Shown here piece after piece: positions 7,397 through 16,616 of a stretch of 53,072 nucleotides of DNA; within the stretch, counting starts at the first letter, position 1, and every line of letters begins with the position of its first letter. The translations under genes and the position numbers were made by a program. The notes below the pieces were generated by a model. It searched no databases. It was not told where the DNA came from and saw nothing but the letters and a program-made list of their open reading frames with translations. The DNA lies in assembly GCA_001873215.1 (NCBI GenBank), contig MNYS01000006.1, forward strand, positions 1,767 through 54,838, written 5' to 3'. Origin of the DNA: Candidatus Levybacteria bacterium CG2_30_37_29. GTDB lineage: Bacteria > Patescibacteriota > Microgenomatia > Levybacterales > GWA1-39-11.

Positions 7397-10150
7397 ATGA
7401 AGAAAGATAAAAATTACTACAATCACAGTTTAATCGAGCCTAAGTGGCAAAAGTCTTGGGAAGAAAAAAAACTTTTCTCTCCTGACTTGAAAAATGCCAA
7501 AAATCCATACTACAACCTCATGATGTTCCCATATCCTTCAGCCGAAGGGCTTCATGTCGGCAATATGTATACTTTCACGGGGGCAGACGTTTACGCTCGT
7601 TTTAACCGTATGCAGGGAAAAGATGTTTTTGAACCGATTGGCCTTGACGGATTTGGGATTCACTCCGAAAATTATGCACTCAAGGTTGGCCGCCATCCGC
7701 GCGAGCAGGCGGAAATATCAGAGAAAAATTTCTACAGACAGCTGCGCGCTATCGGTAATTCTTTTGACTGGACAAGAACGCTTGAGACTTATGATCCTAA
7801 TTATTACAAATGGACACAATGGTTATTTGTCCAGCTTTTCAAAGCAGGTCTTGCGTACAGAAAAAAAGCAGAAGTTAACTGGTGTCCTTCATGTAAAACA
7901 GTTTTATCAGATGAACAAGTTATCGTAGATAAGTGCGAGAGGTGCAGTTCGACCGTCGAAAAAAGGGAACTGGAGCAATGGTTTTTCAGAATCACAGCCT
8001 ATGCCGAAAGACTTTTGAACAATTTAGAAAAGCTTGATTGGACCGAAAAAATAAAAATAGCCCAGAAAAACTGGATTGGCAGATCACAGGGTTGTTTGAT
8101 AAACTTTCAGGTTGTTGATTTAGACTGTCAAATCAAGGTTTTTACAACACGTCCCGATACGCTTTTTGGATCAACTTTTCTTGTTTTGTCCCCAGAACAC
8201 CCAATTTGTCAGAAAATTGACCAAAAAGACGTCAAAGACTATGTCCGAAAAGCTCACAATATATCAGACAATGACAGAATTACAGAAGGAAAGGAAAAAA
8301 CAGGGGTCTTTAGCGGGCTTTATGCAATAAATCCCGTAAATAGTGAAAAGATTCCAATTTGGATTGCGGATTATGTACTTATGGGTTATGGAACCGGTGC
8401 GATTATGGCTGTCCCAGCTCACGACCAAAGAGATTATGAGTTTGCCAAAAAGTATAATTTGCCGATAAGGCAGGTAATCGCGCCAGTATCAAGTAGTAAG
8501 TATCAAGTATTAAGCAAAAAAGAGGAAATACTTAATGCTAAATACGTAATACATAATACTGATATTGTTGAGGCCTATGCCGGAGATGGGAAAATATTAA
8601 ATTCAGGTGAGTGGAGTGGATGGGAAGTTCCAAAAGATATGGATATGGTTATCGATTGGATTGAGAAGAAAGGTTTTGGAAAACGTGAAGTAACTTTCCA
8701 TCTTCGTGACTGGCTGATTTCAAGACAGAGATATTGGGGTCCGCCGATCCCGATGATTTACTGCAAGGCATGTCATGATGCTGGCCGTTCGTGGTTTACT
8801 GAAAATAAAGCTGCGCTCGGTGAAAGAGAAGTATCAAGTAGTAAGTATCAAGTATTAAGCAAAAAAGAGGAAATACTTAACACTAAATACATAATACATA
8901 ATACTGAAATGAATGGATGGTATCCTGTTTTAGATGAAAATCTTCCGGTGCTTCTTCCTGATGTAGAAGATTGGAAACCCCGTTCAGCAAGTTCGGCAAG
9001 GTCGGGCCTTGCCAATAAGACTGAAGGGCCTTTGTCCTCACATCCGGAGTTTTATGAAACAAAATGCCCTAAATGCGGCGTAACAGCCAGAAGAGAGACA
9101 GATGTTTCCGATACCTTTCTTGACAGTGCTTGGTACTTTCTTCGTTATACGTCGGTTGATACAGAAAGTGTAGCTTTTGATAGGGAAACCGTAAAAAAAT
9201 GGCTTCCGGTAAATATGTATATTGGCGGAGCAGAGCATGCGGTGCTTCACCTTTTGTATAGCCGTTTTATCACGATGGTATTAAATGATTTGAAATTTGT
9301 TGATTTTGATGAACCTTTTACAAAACTCTTTGCGCATGGGCTTATCATAAAAGATGGTGCAAAGATGAGTAAATCACGCGGAAACGTGGTTATTCCTGAC
9401 GGATATATTAAAAAATACGGCGCGGATACTCTTCGAATGTATCTTATGTTTATAGGACCTTTCAATCAGGGAGGGGATTTCTCAGATTCTGGAATTGAAG
9501 GAATGAATCGTTTCCTCAAGAAAGTCTGGCGACTTCTTTCGGAAGCTCAAATTTCAAATTTAAAATTTCAAATTTCCAATCAAATTCCAAATGATGAATT
9601 TGCAAAATTAGATACAAAAATGCATAGAACTATAAAGGATATAACTGAAGATATTCAAAACTTTAAATACAATACCTCAATCGCGAGACTAATGGAATAC
9701 TATAATGTTCTTTTTGATTTTTATACTAAATACAAAATACCTGCCTCGCCGGCAGGCAGGCTAGATACCAAATACTGCAAAACATTAGTTTTGTTACTTG
9801 CGCCGTTTGCGCCGCATATGACTGAAGAATTGTGGCAAAGATTAAAGATTAAAGATTTAGGATTAAAGAATGAAGAGAAGAATCATCAATCAGCAATCAC
9901 CAATCATAAATCAATACATGTAGAGGCGTGGCCAACGTTTGATGAAAAATATTTAGTAGAAGATACGGTTACAATTGTTATTCAGGTAAATGGAAAAAAG
10001 CGTTCAGAGTTTATAGTTAATAGTTCACAGTTAAAAGATGAAGAAAAACTTAAAAGTCAGGCACAAGAAATAATAAAAAAATATATTGAAGGAAAAACAA
10101 TTAAAAAAACTATTTATGTTCAAGGTAAAATATTGAATTTTGTGGTGTAG
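7397..10150 (+). CDS. leuS: Leucyl-tRNA synthetase with multiple in-frame repeat insertions
   Basis: Class I signatures are present: PSAEGLHVGN (HIGH-type) and KMSKS (aa 656-660). It also has the zinc-knuckle CPSCKT...CERC, the editing-domain motif TTRPDTLFG and AVPAHDQRDYEFA. It is 917 aa, longer than I would expect for a bacterial LeuRS, because of the insertions. Confidence 0.95.
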   Translation: MKKDKNYYNHSLIEPKWQKSWEEKKLFSPDLKNAKNPYYNLMMFPYPSAEGLHVGNMYTFTGADVYARFNRMQGKDVFEPIGLDGFGIHSENYALKVGRHPREQAEISEKNFYRQLRAIGNSFDWTRTLETYDPNYYKWTQWLFVQLFKAGLAYRKKAEVNWCPSCKTVLSDEQVIVDKCERCSSTVEKRELEQWFFRITAYAERLLNNLEKLDWTEKIKIAQKNWIGRSQGCLINFQVVDLDCQIKVFTTRPDTLFGSTFLVLSPEHPICQKIDQKDVKDYVRKAHNISDNDRITEGKEKTGVFSGLYAINPVNSEKIPIWIADYVLMGYGTGAIMAVPAHDQRDYEFAKKYNLPIRQVIAPVSSSKYQVLSKKEEILNAKYVIHNTDIVEAYAGDGKILNSGEWSGWEVPKDMDMVIDWIEKKGFGKREVTFHLRDWLISRQRYWGPPIPMIYCKACHDAGRSWFTENKAALGEREVSSSKYQVLSKKEEILNTKYIIHNTEMNGWYPVLDENLPVLLPDVEDWKPRSASSARSGLANKTEGPLSSHPEFYETKCPKCGVTARRETDVSDTFLDSAWYFLRYTSVDTESVAFDRETVKKWLPVNMYIGGAEHAVLHLLYSRFITMVLNDLKFVDFDEPFTKLFAHGLIIKDGAKMSKSRGNVVIPDGYIKKYGADTLRMYLMFIGPFNQGGDFSDSGIEGMNRFLKKVWRLLSEAQISNLKFQISNQIPNDEFAKLDTKMHRTIKDITEDIQNFKYNTSIARLMEYYNVLFDFYTKYKIPASPAGRLDTKYCKTLVLLLAPFAPHMTEELWQRLKIKDLGLKNEEKNHQSAITNHKSIHVEAWPTFDEKYLVEDTVTIVIQVNGKKRSEFIVNSSQLKDEEKLKSQAQEIIKKYIEGKTIKKTIYVQGKILNFVV
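8486..8563 (+). repeat. 78-nt in-frame repeat module, copy 1 (VSSSKYQVLSKKEEILNAKYVIHNTD)
   Basis: Nearly identical (about 4 mismatches) to 8831..8908. It is built from the words AAGTATCAAGTA and AATAC..TAATAC seen elsewhere. Confidence 0.9.
8831..8908 (+). repeat. 78-nt in-frame repeat module, copy 2 (VSSSKYQVLSKKEEILNTKYIIHNTE)
   Basis: Direct comparison with copy 1. Confidence 0.9.
9545..9592 (+). repeat. AT-rich AAATTTAAAATT-type word repeat inserted in frame in leuS (AQISNLKFQISNQIPN)
   Basis: The sequence CAAATTTCAAATTTAAAATTTCAAATTTCCAATCAAATTCC matches the intergenic word repeats. Confidence 0.7.
9740..9760. repeat. PAGRQ-element variant CCTGCCTCGCCGGCAGGCAGG in frame in leuS (PASPAGRL)
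   Basis: Read directly from the sequence. Confidence 0.85.
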
Positions 10151-10151
10151 A

Positions 10152-10385
10152 TCTTTGTACTTTCGTTCCGGCGAAAGTACCAAAGACTCTCGTCGGGTCT
10201 TGTTCATACCATTCAAAAGCTCACTCATTCAGGGAAGTACCGGACTCTCCACCAGTCGGCGGATCGCCTTTCAACTTCTTGTTCCTTCGTTCGTTCACTT
10301 CTTCATGGGATTCACTTCGAATCGACGACTATGATGGCGCGTGAAACGGCGAATTTTGGAAAATGATCCTTGAAAATTTAAAATT
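10152..10385 (+). repeat. Hairpin-rich intergenic repeat family, copy B (lacks the 5' hairpin)
   Basis: Contains GTACTTTCG-TTCCGG-CGAAAGTAC followed by CCAAAGACTCTCGTCGGGTCTTGTTC, the block GCTCACTCATT, and the end TTCATGGGATTCACTTCGAATCGACGAC. It begins 2 nt after the leuS stop. Confidence 0.75.
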
Positions 10386-10397
10386 TAAAACTTAAAA

Positions 10398-11048
10398 TTG
10401 TTGTGTCGTATGGATGAAGGTACCGGCGAATTGTTTTCAAAGCTTCAAGTTTTTGCAAAAAATAATTTAATCATCTTGGTTCTGGGGGTTTTGGGACTTT
10501 CTCTACTAATTGTCGGTTTAATACAATTACTGGGTCAAAAGCCTCCCGAAGTAAATTTCAGTGCCGCACAAGATTTGAAAACAACACAATCAACAGCTTC
10601 TACGAGTCCAAAAATAGCAGTAGACATAGAAGGAGCCGTTCAAAAACCCGGAGTTTTCCGTCTTCCGCCTGATGCGCGCGTCCAGGACGCGCTGATTGCG
10701 GCAGGGGGAATAAGCGCGCAAGCAGATCGGAATTTTATTGAGAAAAGTCTTAATCTTGCTCAAAAGCTAACAGATGGGGCAAAGATTTATATTCCGCGTC
10801 AAGGAGAAGTTGCAACGAGTACTAAGTTAACCACAGGTTTAAGCGTAGACACAAGTCAGTCTGTTCGCGGACAAATAAATATTAATTCAGCAACGCTTGT
10901 CCAGCTTGATACGCTTCCGGGAGTAGGGCAAGTGATTGGTCAAAAAATAATTGATAACAGGCCGTATTCTGATATTTCCCAGCTTGTGTCAAAAAAAATA
11001 GTATCGCAAAAAACTTTTGACAAACTTAAAGATAGCATTGGGATATAG
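10398..11048 (+). CDS. comEA: ComEA-type DNA receptor (TM anchor, SLBB-like domain, helix-hairpin-helix)
   Basis: Motifs IAVDIEGAVQKPGVFRLP and INSATLVQLDTLPGVGQVIGQKIIDNRPY. The probable true start is the ATG at 10410. Confidence 0.85.
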   Translation: MLCRMDEGTGELFSKLQVFAKNNLIILVLGVLGLSLLIVGLIQLLGQKPPEVNFSAAQDLKTTQSTASTSPKIAVDIEGAVQKPGVFRLPPDARVQDALIAAGGISAQADRNFIEKSLNLAQKLTDGAKIYIPRQGEVATSTKLTTGLSVDTSQSVRGQININSATLVQLDTLPGVGQVIGQKIIDNRPYSDISQLVSKKIVSQKTFDKLKDSIGI

Positions 11049-11051
11049 TGT

Positions 11052-12296
11052 ATGCGCCTCGTAATTGTTTTTATTCTAATAACAGTCGTTTTGTTTTCCG
11101 CAAGAATTATTTTTTTTTATACAACATCACCAAATTTTCAAAAAGGGGAGGATGTTAATTTCACTTATACTTTTTTTTCCGACCCGACAAGAATTCCCAG
11201 CGGATACCTTTTAAAAGTAAAAAACATAAGAATATTTTTACCTAAAACTCAAGAGTTTTCTTACGGAGAGACTGTTGCCATAAAAGGGAAAATTACAGAA
11301 CAAGAGAGAGTTAGCAAAAGAGACAACCTTTTGCTAAAAGAACTGGTAATCAATAATCCTGAAGTAGAAAAAATCAAAAACAATAATTTTTTGTTATCAC
11401 TAACGTCGGTTATCCGCCAAAAAGTCACCAGTATTTATGGGAAATATTTAGGACAGAATGAGTCGGGTCTTTTGATGGGAATTGTTTTTGGGATACGGCA
11501 GGGGATGGATAGCGACCTTTTGGCGGCTTTTAGAACAACAGGAGTCTTGCATGTTATTGCCGCATCAGGAAGCAACGTGAGTCTGGTGTCGGGGTTTTTG
11601 CTAGCAACGTTTTTAGCCTTCATGAAAAGAAGAGTAGCTATACTTTTCACGCTGGCTGGAATAATTTTTTATGCTTTTTTGTCAGGCCTTGACACATCTA
11701 TTGTTAGGGCAAGTCTTATGGCGGCGTTTTCGTACGGTGCTTTGCTTTTCGGCCGCCAAAACTATTCAGTTCTGGCTCTTTATACGACAGGATTTATTAT
11801 GCTATTTGTTGATCCGGAAATTATAGGTGACATTGGGTTTCAATTATCTTTTTTGTCAACTTTTGGCATTCTAATACTCAAACCGCTAATCGATAATGTT
11901 TTATTTAGAAATAGAAATTTTTTTCTGCGTGACGACTTTTCTACAACTATATCGGCGCAAGTCATGACGGTACCAATTATGTTTTCCGCTTTTTCCGCGT
12001 ATTCTTTGATTTCCATCCCTGTAAATTTATTTGTTTTGTGGACCATTCCGCTTCTTATGATTTTGGGAGGTATTGCTGCTGTTGCAAGTTTGTTGTTTTC
12101 TGTTTTTGCTGCGCCCTTTTTGTATCTTTGTCTTCCCCTTTTACTTTACTTTGAAAATATAAGTCTTGCTTTTGCTCGTTATTCATTTCCTGTGCAAATT
12201 GACAAAACACCGCAAGTTTTAATTTTGGGGTACTACATTTTTTTAGCAAGTATTATTTTATTTTTAAACAAACACAGGAAGAATTTTAAATTTTAA
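11052..12296 (+). CDS. comEC: ComEC/Rec2 competence channel, membrane part only
   Basis: Polytopic protein with the motif GLLMGIVFGIRQGMDSDLLAAFRTTGVLHVIAASGSNVSLV. It ends before any metallo-beta-lactamase domain. Confidence 0.85.
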   Translation: MRLVIVFILITVVLFSARIIFFYTTSPNFQKGEDVNFTYTFFSDPTRIPSGYLLKVKNIRIFLPKTQEFSYGETVAIKGKITEQERVSKRDNLLLKELVINNPEVEKIKNNNFLLSLTSVIRQKVTSIYGKYLGQNESGLLMGIVFGIRQGMDSDLLAAFRTTGVLHVIAASGSNVSLVSGFLLATFLAFMKRRVAILFTLAGIIFYAFLSGLDTSIVRASLMAAFSYGALLFGRQNYSVLALYTTGFIMLFVDPEIIGDIGFQLSFLSTFGILILKPLIDNVLFRNRNFFLRDDFSTTISAQVMTVPIMFSAFSAYSLISIPVNLFVLWTIPLLMILGGIAAVASLLFSVFAAPFLYLCLPLLLYFENISLAFARYSFPVQIDKTPQVLILGYYIFLASIILFLNKHRKNFKF

Positions 12297-12335
12297 ATTA
12301 TAAAAGAGAAAAACGTTTAAAAAACAAAAAAAACC

Positions 12336-13187
12336 ATGAGAAATAAACTTTTTATTTTAGCACTGTCCCTTATGTTTCTATTCGGTCTTTTTGTCTTCCA
12401 AAGTTTTCAATATGCAGACGGCCGTCTTCATGTTGTTTTTTGCAACGTAGGGCAGGGTGATGGAATTTTCATAAGAACGCCTAAAGGGAGCGATATTGTT
12501 ATTGACGGAGGACCCGACGCAACAATTTTGAAGTGTTTGGAAAATCACATGCCGTTTTGGGATCGAGATATAGAGCTTGTTTTTGCAACGCATCCGGACA
12601 GCGATCACATAACCGGTTTGGAATCAGTTCTGAAGTCATATACGGTGAAATCATTTAATACGTCTCAAAAATCAAAAGGTACGGCAGTATTTCGCCGAAT
12701 AAACGCTCTTATAGAGAGTAATCATGTTCCTTTTCGATTCCTCGTAAAAGACGACACATATAAAATTTCAGACGGGGTAGAAATAAAAACATATTGGCCT
12801 ACACACGAATACGTTAACTCGGATATTAATGGAAAATTGGACGCTAACAGTTTTTCTTTGGTTCAGGTAGTTTCGTTTGGTTCATTCAAAACTTTATTGA
12901 CCGGAGATATTGAATTTGAAATTCTGGATAAACTTTTTACTTCCGGTTATGCTTTTGATATATTCAAGCTTCCTCATCATGGATCAAAGACAGGAGTGGA
13001 CGCAAAGACGTTTGAAATAATAAAACCTAGTTTGAGTATTGTTTCATCAGGGAAAAACAACCGTTATCACCACCCCTCGCCACAAGTTTTGGAACTGTTA
13101 AAACAATTCGGTTTAGGCTATAAAAATACAGCAGAAGTGGGGGAGATAGAAATTGTGAGCGATGGAAAGAGTTATTATTACAAATGA
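12336..13187 (+). CDS. ComEC C-terminal-type metallo-beta-lactamase domain encoded as a separate membrane-anchored protein
   Basis: Motifs VFCNVGQGDGIFIRTP...VIDGG, ATHPDSDHITGL (HxHxDH-type) and LPHHGS, with an N-terminal TM. It ends with TGA. Confidence 0.8.
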   Translation: MRNKLFILALSLMFLFGLFVFQSFQYADGRLHVVFCNVGQGDGIFIRTPKGSDIVIDGGPDATILKCLENHMPFWDRDIELVFATHPDSDHITGLESVLKSYTVKSFNTSQKSKGTAVFRRINALIESNHVPFRFLVKDDTYKISDGVEIKTYWPTHEYVNSDINGKLDANSFSLVQVVSFGSFKTLLTGDIEFEILDKLFTSGYAFDIFKLPHHGSKTGVDAKTFEIIKPSLSIVSSGKNNRYHHPSPQVLELLKQFGLGYKNTAEVGEIEIVSDGKSYYYK

Positions 13188-13273
13188 ATTTGGGACTTGC
13201 TTTTATTATTTAGACTTGATAGCCTTAAATTAGGGTATAGTTAGATAGGGTTTAGCGTTTAGTTTAAAAATAT

Positions 13274-13642
13274 ATGAAACGGATTCTTCTTGTTGATGAT
13301 GAAAAGGATACAGCCGCTGTTTTTCAAACAGCGCTTACCGGTGCAGGGTATGAAGTGTTTGTCGCGCCGGACGGCAAGACAGCAACAGATTTAATCGCAA
13401 AAGAACATTTTGACGGAATACTTCTTGACCAAATGCTTCCTGACGCTCACGGAAATGAAATCCTGAAAGGTATAAAAGCTAATGAAGCGACAAAAAATAT
13501 ACCTGTTGCGATGCTTACTAATTTCGGAGACGACGAAATGATAAAAGAAGCATTGAATACGGGGGCGCAGGATTATATTCTTAAATATCAAGTTTCAACC
13601 GATGACCTTATTGTAAAAGTTAAGACGTTGGTAGGTCAATAG
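13274..13642 (+). CDS. Stand-alone response-regulator receiver domain (CheY-like)
   Basis: Motifs ILLVDDEKD, ILLDQMLPDAHG and PVAMLTNFGD..K, 122 aa. Confidence 0.85.
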   Translation: MKRILLVDDEKDTAAVFQTALTGAGYEVFVAPDGKTATDLIAKEHFDGILLDQMLPDAHGNEILKGIKANEATKNIPVAMLTNFGDDEMIKEALNTGAQDYILKYQVSTDDLIVKVKTLVGQ

Positions 13643-13684
13643 GCGAAATAGGTTATAGGGGTTAGGTGATAGATAAAACATATT

Positions 13685-14194
13685 ATGCAGCCGCAAACAA
13701 CAGATTTTAAACAGCTTTTTACGGAGATAATCCATAAACAAATTGTAATTTTGGGTCCTGATATTACAATTGCAAAAGTCAAAAACGTTCATGGGATTGA
13801 AGTGGACAATACGGGTCAGGTAACAGCTCTAACAGGCGATCCGCAAATACTCCTTCAGGCGCTTATCAGCCAATTTGTTGAATTATCAGGCCTTATTGTC
13901 AAAAAAACAATGGAGTCAATACTATCAGCATATCCTGATGGGCAAAGTCTTTCACAACAGATATCAAATATGCAAATGCCTCAAGCACTGGCAGGAGTAG
14001 TACCACCGGTTTCTGTTGCCCCGCAAGCTCCGATTCAACCACCTGTTGAAGTCGCTCAAGCGTCTGCACAGGTATCAGCGCAAGTTCCGCAAACGCCAAT
14101 ACAGGGTGGCACGCAAGACGAATTGCAGAAAATGGTACAGGAAGTTAATGCAAGCATCGCGCAAGTTCAGGGAAGCGGAGAGAATAAGATCTAA
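13685..14194 (+). CDS. Hypothetical protein with P/Q/A-rich C-terminal half
   Basis: ORF located in the operon context between the receiver and kinase genes. No family recognised. Confidence 0.45.
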   Translation: MQPQTTDFKQLFTEIIHKQIVILGPDITIAKVKNVHGIEVDNTGQVTALTGDPQILLQALISQFVELSGLIVKKTMESILSAYPDGQSLSQQISNMQMPQALAGVVPPVSVAPQAPIQPPVEVAQASAQVSAQVPQTPIQGGTQDELQKMVQEVNASIAQVQGSGENKI

Positions 14195-14203
14195 GATTTA
14201 CGA

Positions 14204-14223
14204 CCTGCCTACCGGCAGGCAGG
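14204..14223. repeat. PAGRQ-element copy (CCTGCCTACCGGCAGGCAGG), intergenic
   Basis: Starts 10 nt after the stop of 13685..14194 and is followed by the word repeat TTTATGATTGATGATTG. Confidence 0.85.
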
Positions 14224-14279
14224 TTTATGATTGATGATTGAAGTTTTGAAAAAAATGGTTAATACTAATAGTTAGTTAG

Positions 14280-14363
14280 AATTTTAAATCAAATATAAAT
14301 TTTAAAATTAAAAACTCTAAAATTAATTTAAAACTTAAAACTTAAAATTGAAAATTTAAAATT
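14280..14363 (+). repeat. About 85-nt AT-rich leader repeat (copy X) ending 8 nt before a start codon
   Basis: AATTTTAAATCAAATATAAATTTTAAAATTAAAAACTCTAA...TTGAAAATTTAAAATT is roughly 85-90% identical by hand alignment to 52478..52554. Confidence 0.7.
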
Positions 14364-14371
14364 TTGAACCT

Positions 14372-14710
14372 ATGTTTGATAGCACACGATTTTTAACAAT
14401 AATTGTAGAAGGAATTTCTTTTGTAGCAGCATTTGCGGCGCTTGCTGCCGCAGTCATTATGTATCAAGTAACGAAAAAATTCGGTAGCGGAATTTTAGCG
14501 TCGGGCTTTAAAAGCATAGCGTTTGGTGTTCTTTTTTTAGCCTTGGGAATAATAATTGACGCGCTAAATTCATCGCTTCAAATTCAATACAACAATATAT
14601 ATTCAGTTGCGGTTTTAGTTATAAAAGGAGCGTGTTTTGTAATAGGAACATATATTATTGTTATAGGAACAAAAAATACCGCAGATCGCCTCGAGAATCT
14701 TACGAAATAA
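14372..14710 (+). CDS. Small 3-4-TM membrane protein
   Basis: 112-aa hydrophobic ORF directly upstream of the kinase gene. Confidence 0.55.
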   Translation: MFDSTRFLTIIVEGISFVAAFAALAAAVIMYQVTKKFGSGILASGFKSIAFGVLFLALGIIIDALNSSLQIQYNNIYSVAVLVIKGACFVIGTYIIVIGTKNTADRLENLTK

Positions 14711-14736
14711 TGATAACTAGGTTATATAGGTTATAG

Positions 14737-16488
14737 GTGATAGCAACGATTATGCAAACGATTGCCCTTATATTTTCAATTTTGGTATCCGGCTTTTTTG
14801 GAATACTTTCTATTTTTTATGCTTCGCGTGACGAAAAAACAAAGAAAGAAAGAGAATCGCAAAAAAAAGAGCTTTCACGAAGGCTTTATGAATCTACAAT
14901 CTTAAAAGATATTGCCCAAATTAGTGCATACTCTTTAAACATTGAACTTGTGGCCGGAGCCATTGTTGCATCAATACAAAACCTTTTCAAGCTCACCACC
15001 GCGTCATATGCAATAGCGACAGAAATCCAAATTACTATAAACACAAGAGCATCGCAGGGTATAGGTCCTCAATACCTTGAAAATATTTCAAAAATTATTC
15101 GAGATTCTTTATGCGGAATAGATGAGACAAAAAAAACAATCCCAATAAAAGTTTTTCCAGCGCAATATAATATAGAAAATACCATATCGTTACCTTTTGA
15201 TGCAGTACCTCTGTCTTATTTTAATATTCCTCTTATTGTCAACAATAGGCTAAGAGGTCTTATCACTATTTCCTCACACATCCCAAATATTTATCAGGAA
15301 GAAGATATGAGCATGATGTATAAAATTGTAAATACCGCAGCCCGCTCAATCGGTCGGCTTGAAGAAGTAATTGAAACGGAAAAAGGAAAGACCGATTCTC
15401 TCATCGCAAGCCTTTCTTCAGGCGCAATGCTTTTTATGCTTGAAAAAAACGGACTCTCAATTTCTACAATAAATGAAGCGGCGAGAATTTTTCTTAACCT
15501 TCCTGCAGGTTATTTGGAAACTTATATGGTACTTGACAGGTTTGGAAAAACTGAAAGCATACTTTTACACTTGCAAAAGGTTTTAACAGAAAAAAAGACT
15601 ATTGTTTTAAACGATATTATTCTATCTGAAAAGCATTTTAAGCTTTACATAAGTCCTGTTTTTTATTACGACACAAAGAACGTAATAGGTGTTTCAATTA
15701 CAATGCAGGATATTACTATGGAAAAAGATCTTGAGGCTCTTCGTGAGAATTTCACAAATATGGTAGTGCACCAGCTTCGCACTCCGCTTACAGCTATAAA
15801 AGGTGCGTCAAATCTGCTTTTGAATAAAAATCTAAACGATAAAGACTATGAAAAAATGCTTGATGTTATAAAAAATTCTTCGGAGGAAGGATTAAACGAT
15901 ATAGGAAGTCTTCTTGATGCGGCAAAAATAGACGCGGGTAAATTCGTACTCTACAAAGAGATGTTTGATATAAATAGTCTTGTTCATCAACGCGCACAAG
16001 AATTTTTGGTTCTTGCCGGTCAAAAAGGGATAACACTAAATACAAATACGCAAGTTGGAATTCCGGAATTTTCTTTTGATCCGCTTCGAATAGGTCAGGT
16101 TCTAAGCAACCTTTTTTCAAACAGCCTAAAAGCAACCCCTGTTGGCGGAACGATTACCATAAAAACCATTCTAAATGGTGGGAATTTAGAGGTTTTGGTA
16201 TCAGACACGGGGAATGGTATTCCTAAGGATAAGATAGGGCTTCTTTTCTCAAAATTTGGGCAAATTGGCAATACTGCAAACAAGGACAGTACAGGGCTCG
16301 GACTTTTTATTTCAAAAGGAATTGTTGTTGAGCACGGAGGGAAGATTTGGATAGAGTCTCCTGTTCTGTCTTCTCAAGGCGAAGGAGAAGGAAAGGGGAC
16401 GACCGTACATTTCACTTTGCCGATTGTAAAAGAAAAGAAAGAAGAGGAAAGAGAAGCCTTAGAAATTCCCCAGACGTTCGTGAATTGA
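14737..16488 (+). CDS. Sensor histidine kinase (TM, GAF/PAS-like region, HisKA, HATPase_c)
   Basis: H-box VHQLRTPLTAIKG, N-box LSNLFSNSLKAT, G1 DTGNGIP and G2 GLGLFISKGIV. The track start is a GTG at 14737; an alternative ATG lies at 14752. It ends with TGA. Confidence 0.9.
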   Translation: MIATIMQTIALIFSILVSGFFGILSIFYASRDEKTKKERESQKKELSRRLYESTILKDIAQISAYSLNIELVAGAIVASIQNLFKLTTASYAIATEIQITINTRASQGIGPQYLENISKIIRDSLCGIDETKKTIPIKVFPAQYNIENTISLPFDAVPLSYFNIPLIVNNRLRGLITISSHIPNIYQEEDMSMMYKIVNTAARSIGRLEEVIETEKGKTDSLIASLSSGAMLFMLEKNGLSISTINEAARIFLNLPAGYLETYMVLDRFGKTESILLHLQKVLTEKKTIVLNDIILSEKHFKLYISPVFYYDTKNVIGVSITMQDITMEKDLEALRENFTNMVVHQLRTPLTAIKGASNLLLNKNLNDKDYEKMLDVIKNSSEEGLNDIGSLLDAAKIDAGKFVLYKEMFDINSLVHQRAQEFLVLAGQKGITLNTNTQVGIPEFSFDPLRIGQVLSNLFSNSLKATPVGGTITIKTILNGGNLEVLVSDTGNGIPKDKIGLLFSKFGQIGNTANKDSTGLGLFISKGIVVEHGGKIWIESPVLSSQGEGEGKGTTVHFTLPIVKEKKEEEREALEIPQTFVN

Positions 16489-16555
16489 TCTTAGTTTACT
16501 TTCAAATAATTTCTTCTGTACTTTTATTTCGCCGATTTAAACTACGGTACATTTA

Positions 16556-16579
16556 TACAGGTATACTGGTATACCTGTA
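16556..16579. terminator. Perfect 11-bp-stem hairpin TACAGGTATAC-TG-GTATACCTGTA between convergent genes
   Basis: Read directly from the sequence. There is no clear U-tract, so it is a candidate bidirectional terminator only. Confidence 0.45.
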
Positions 16580-16616
16580 GCAGACGAAAAGTTCCGTTTA
16601 GAGAATAACTAAAAGA

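Noticed and set aside
14270-14371. Periodic AAATTTAAAATT-type arrays (also at about 5665-5695, 7250-7370, 10370-10397, 48055-48110, 48470-48530 and 52440-52560) considered as CRISPR arrays
   Set aside because: The period is only about 6-7 nt. There are no 25-40-nt repeats alternating with unique spacers, and no cas genes lie in the window. They behave as low-complexity word repeats.
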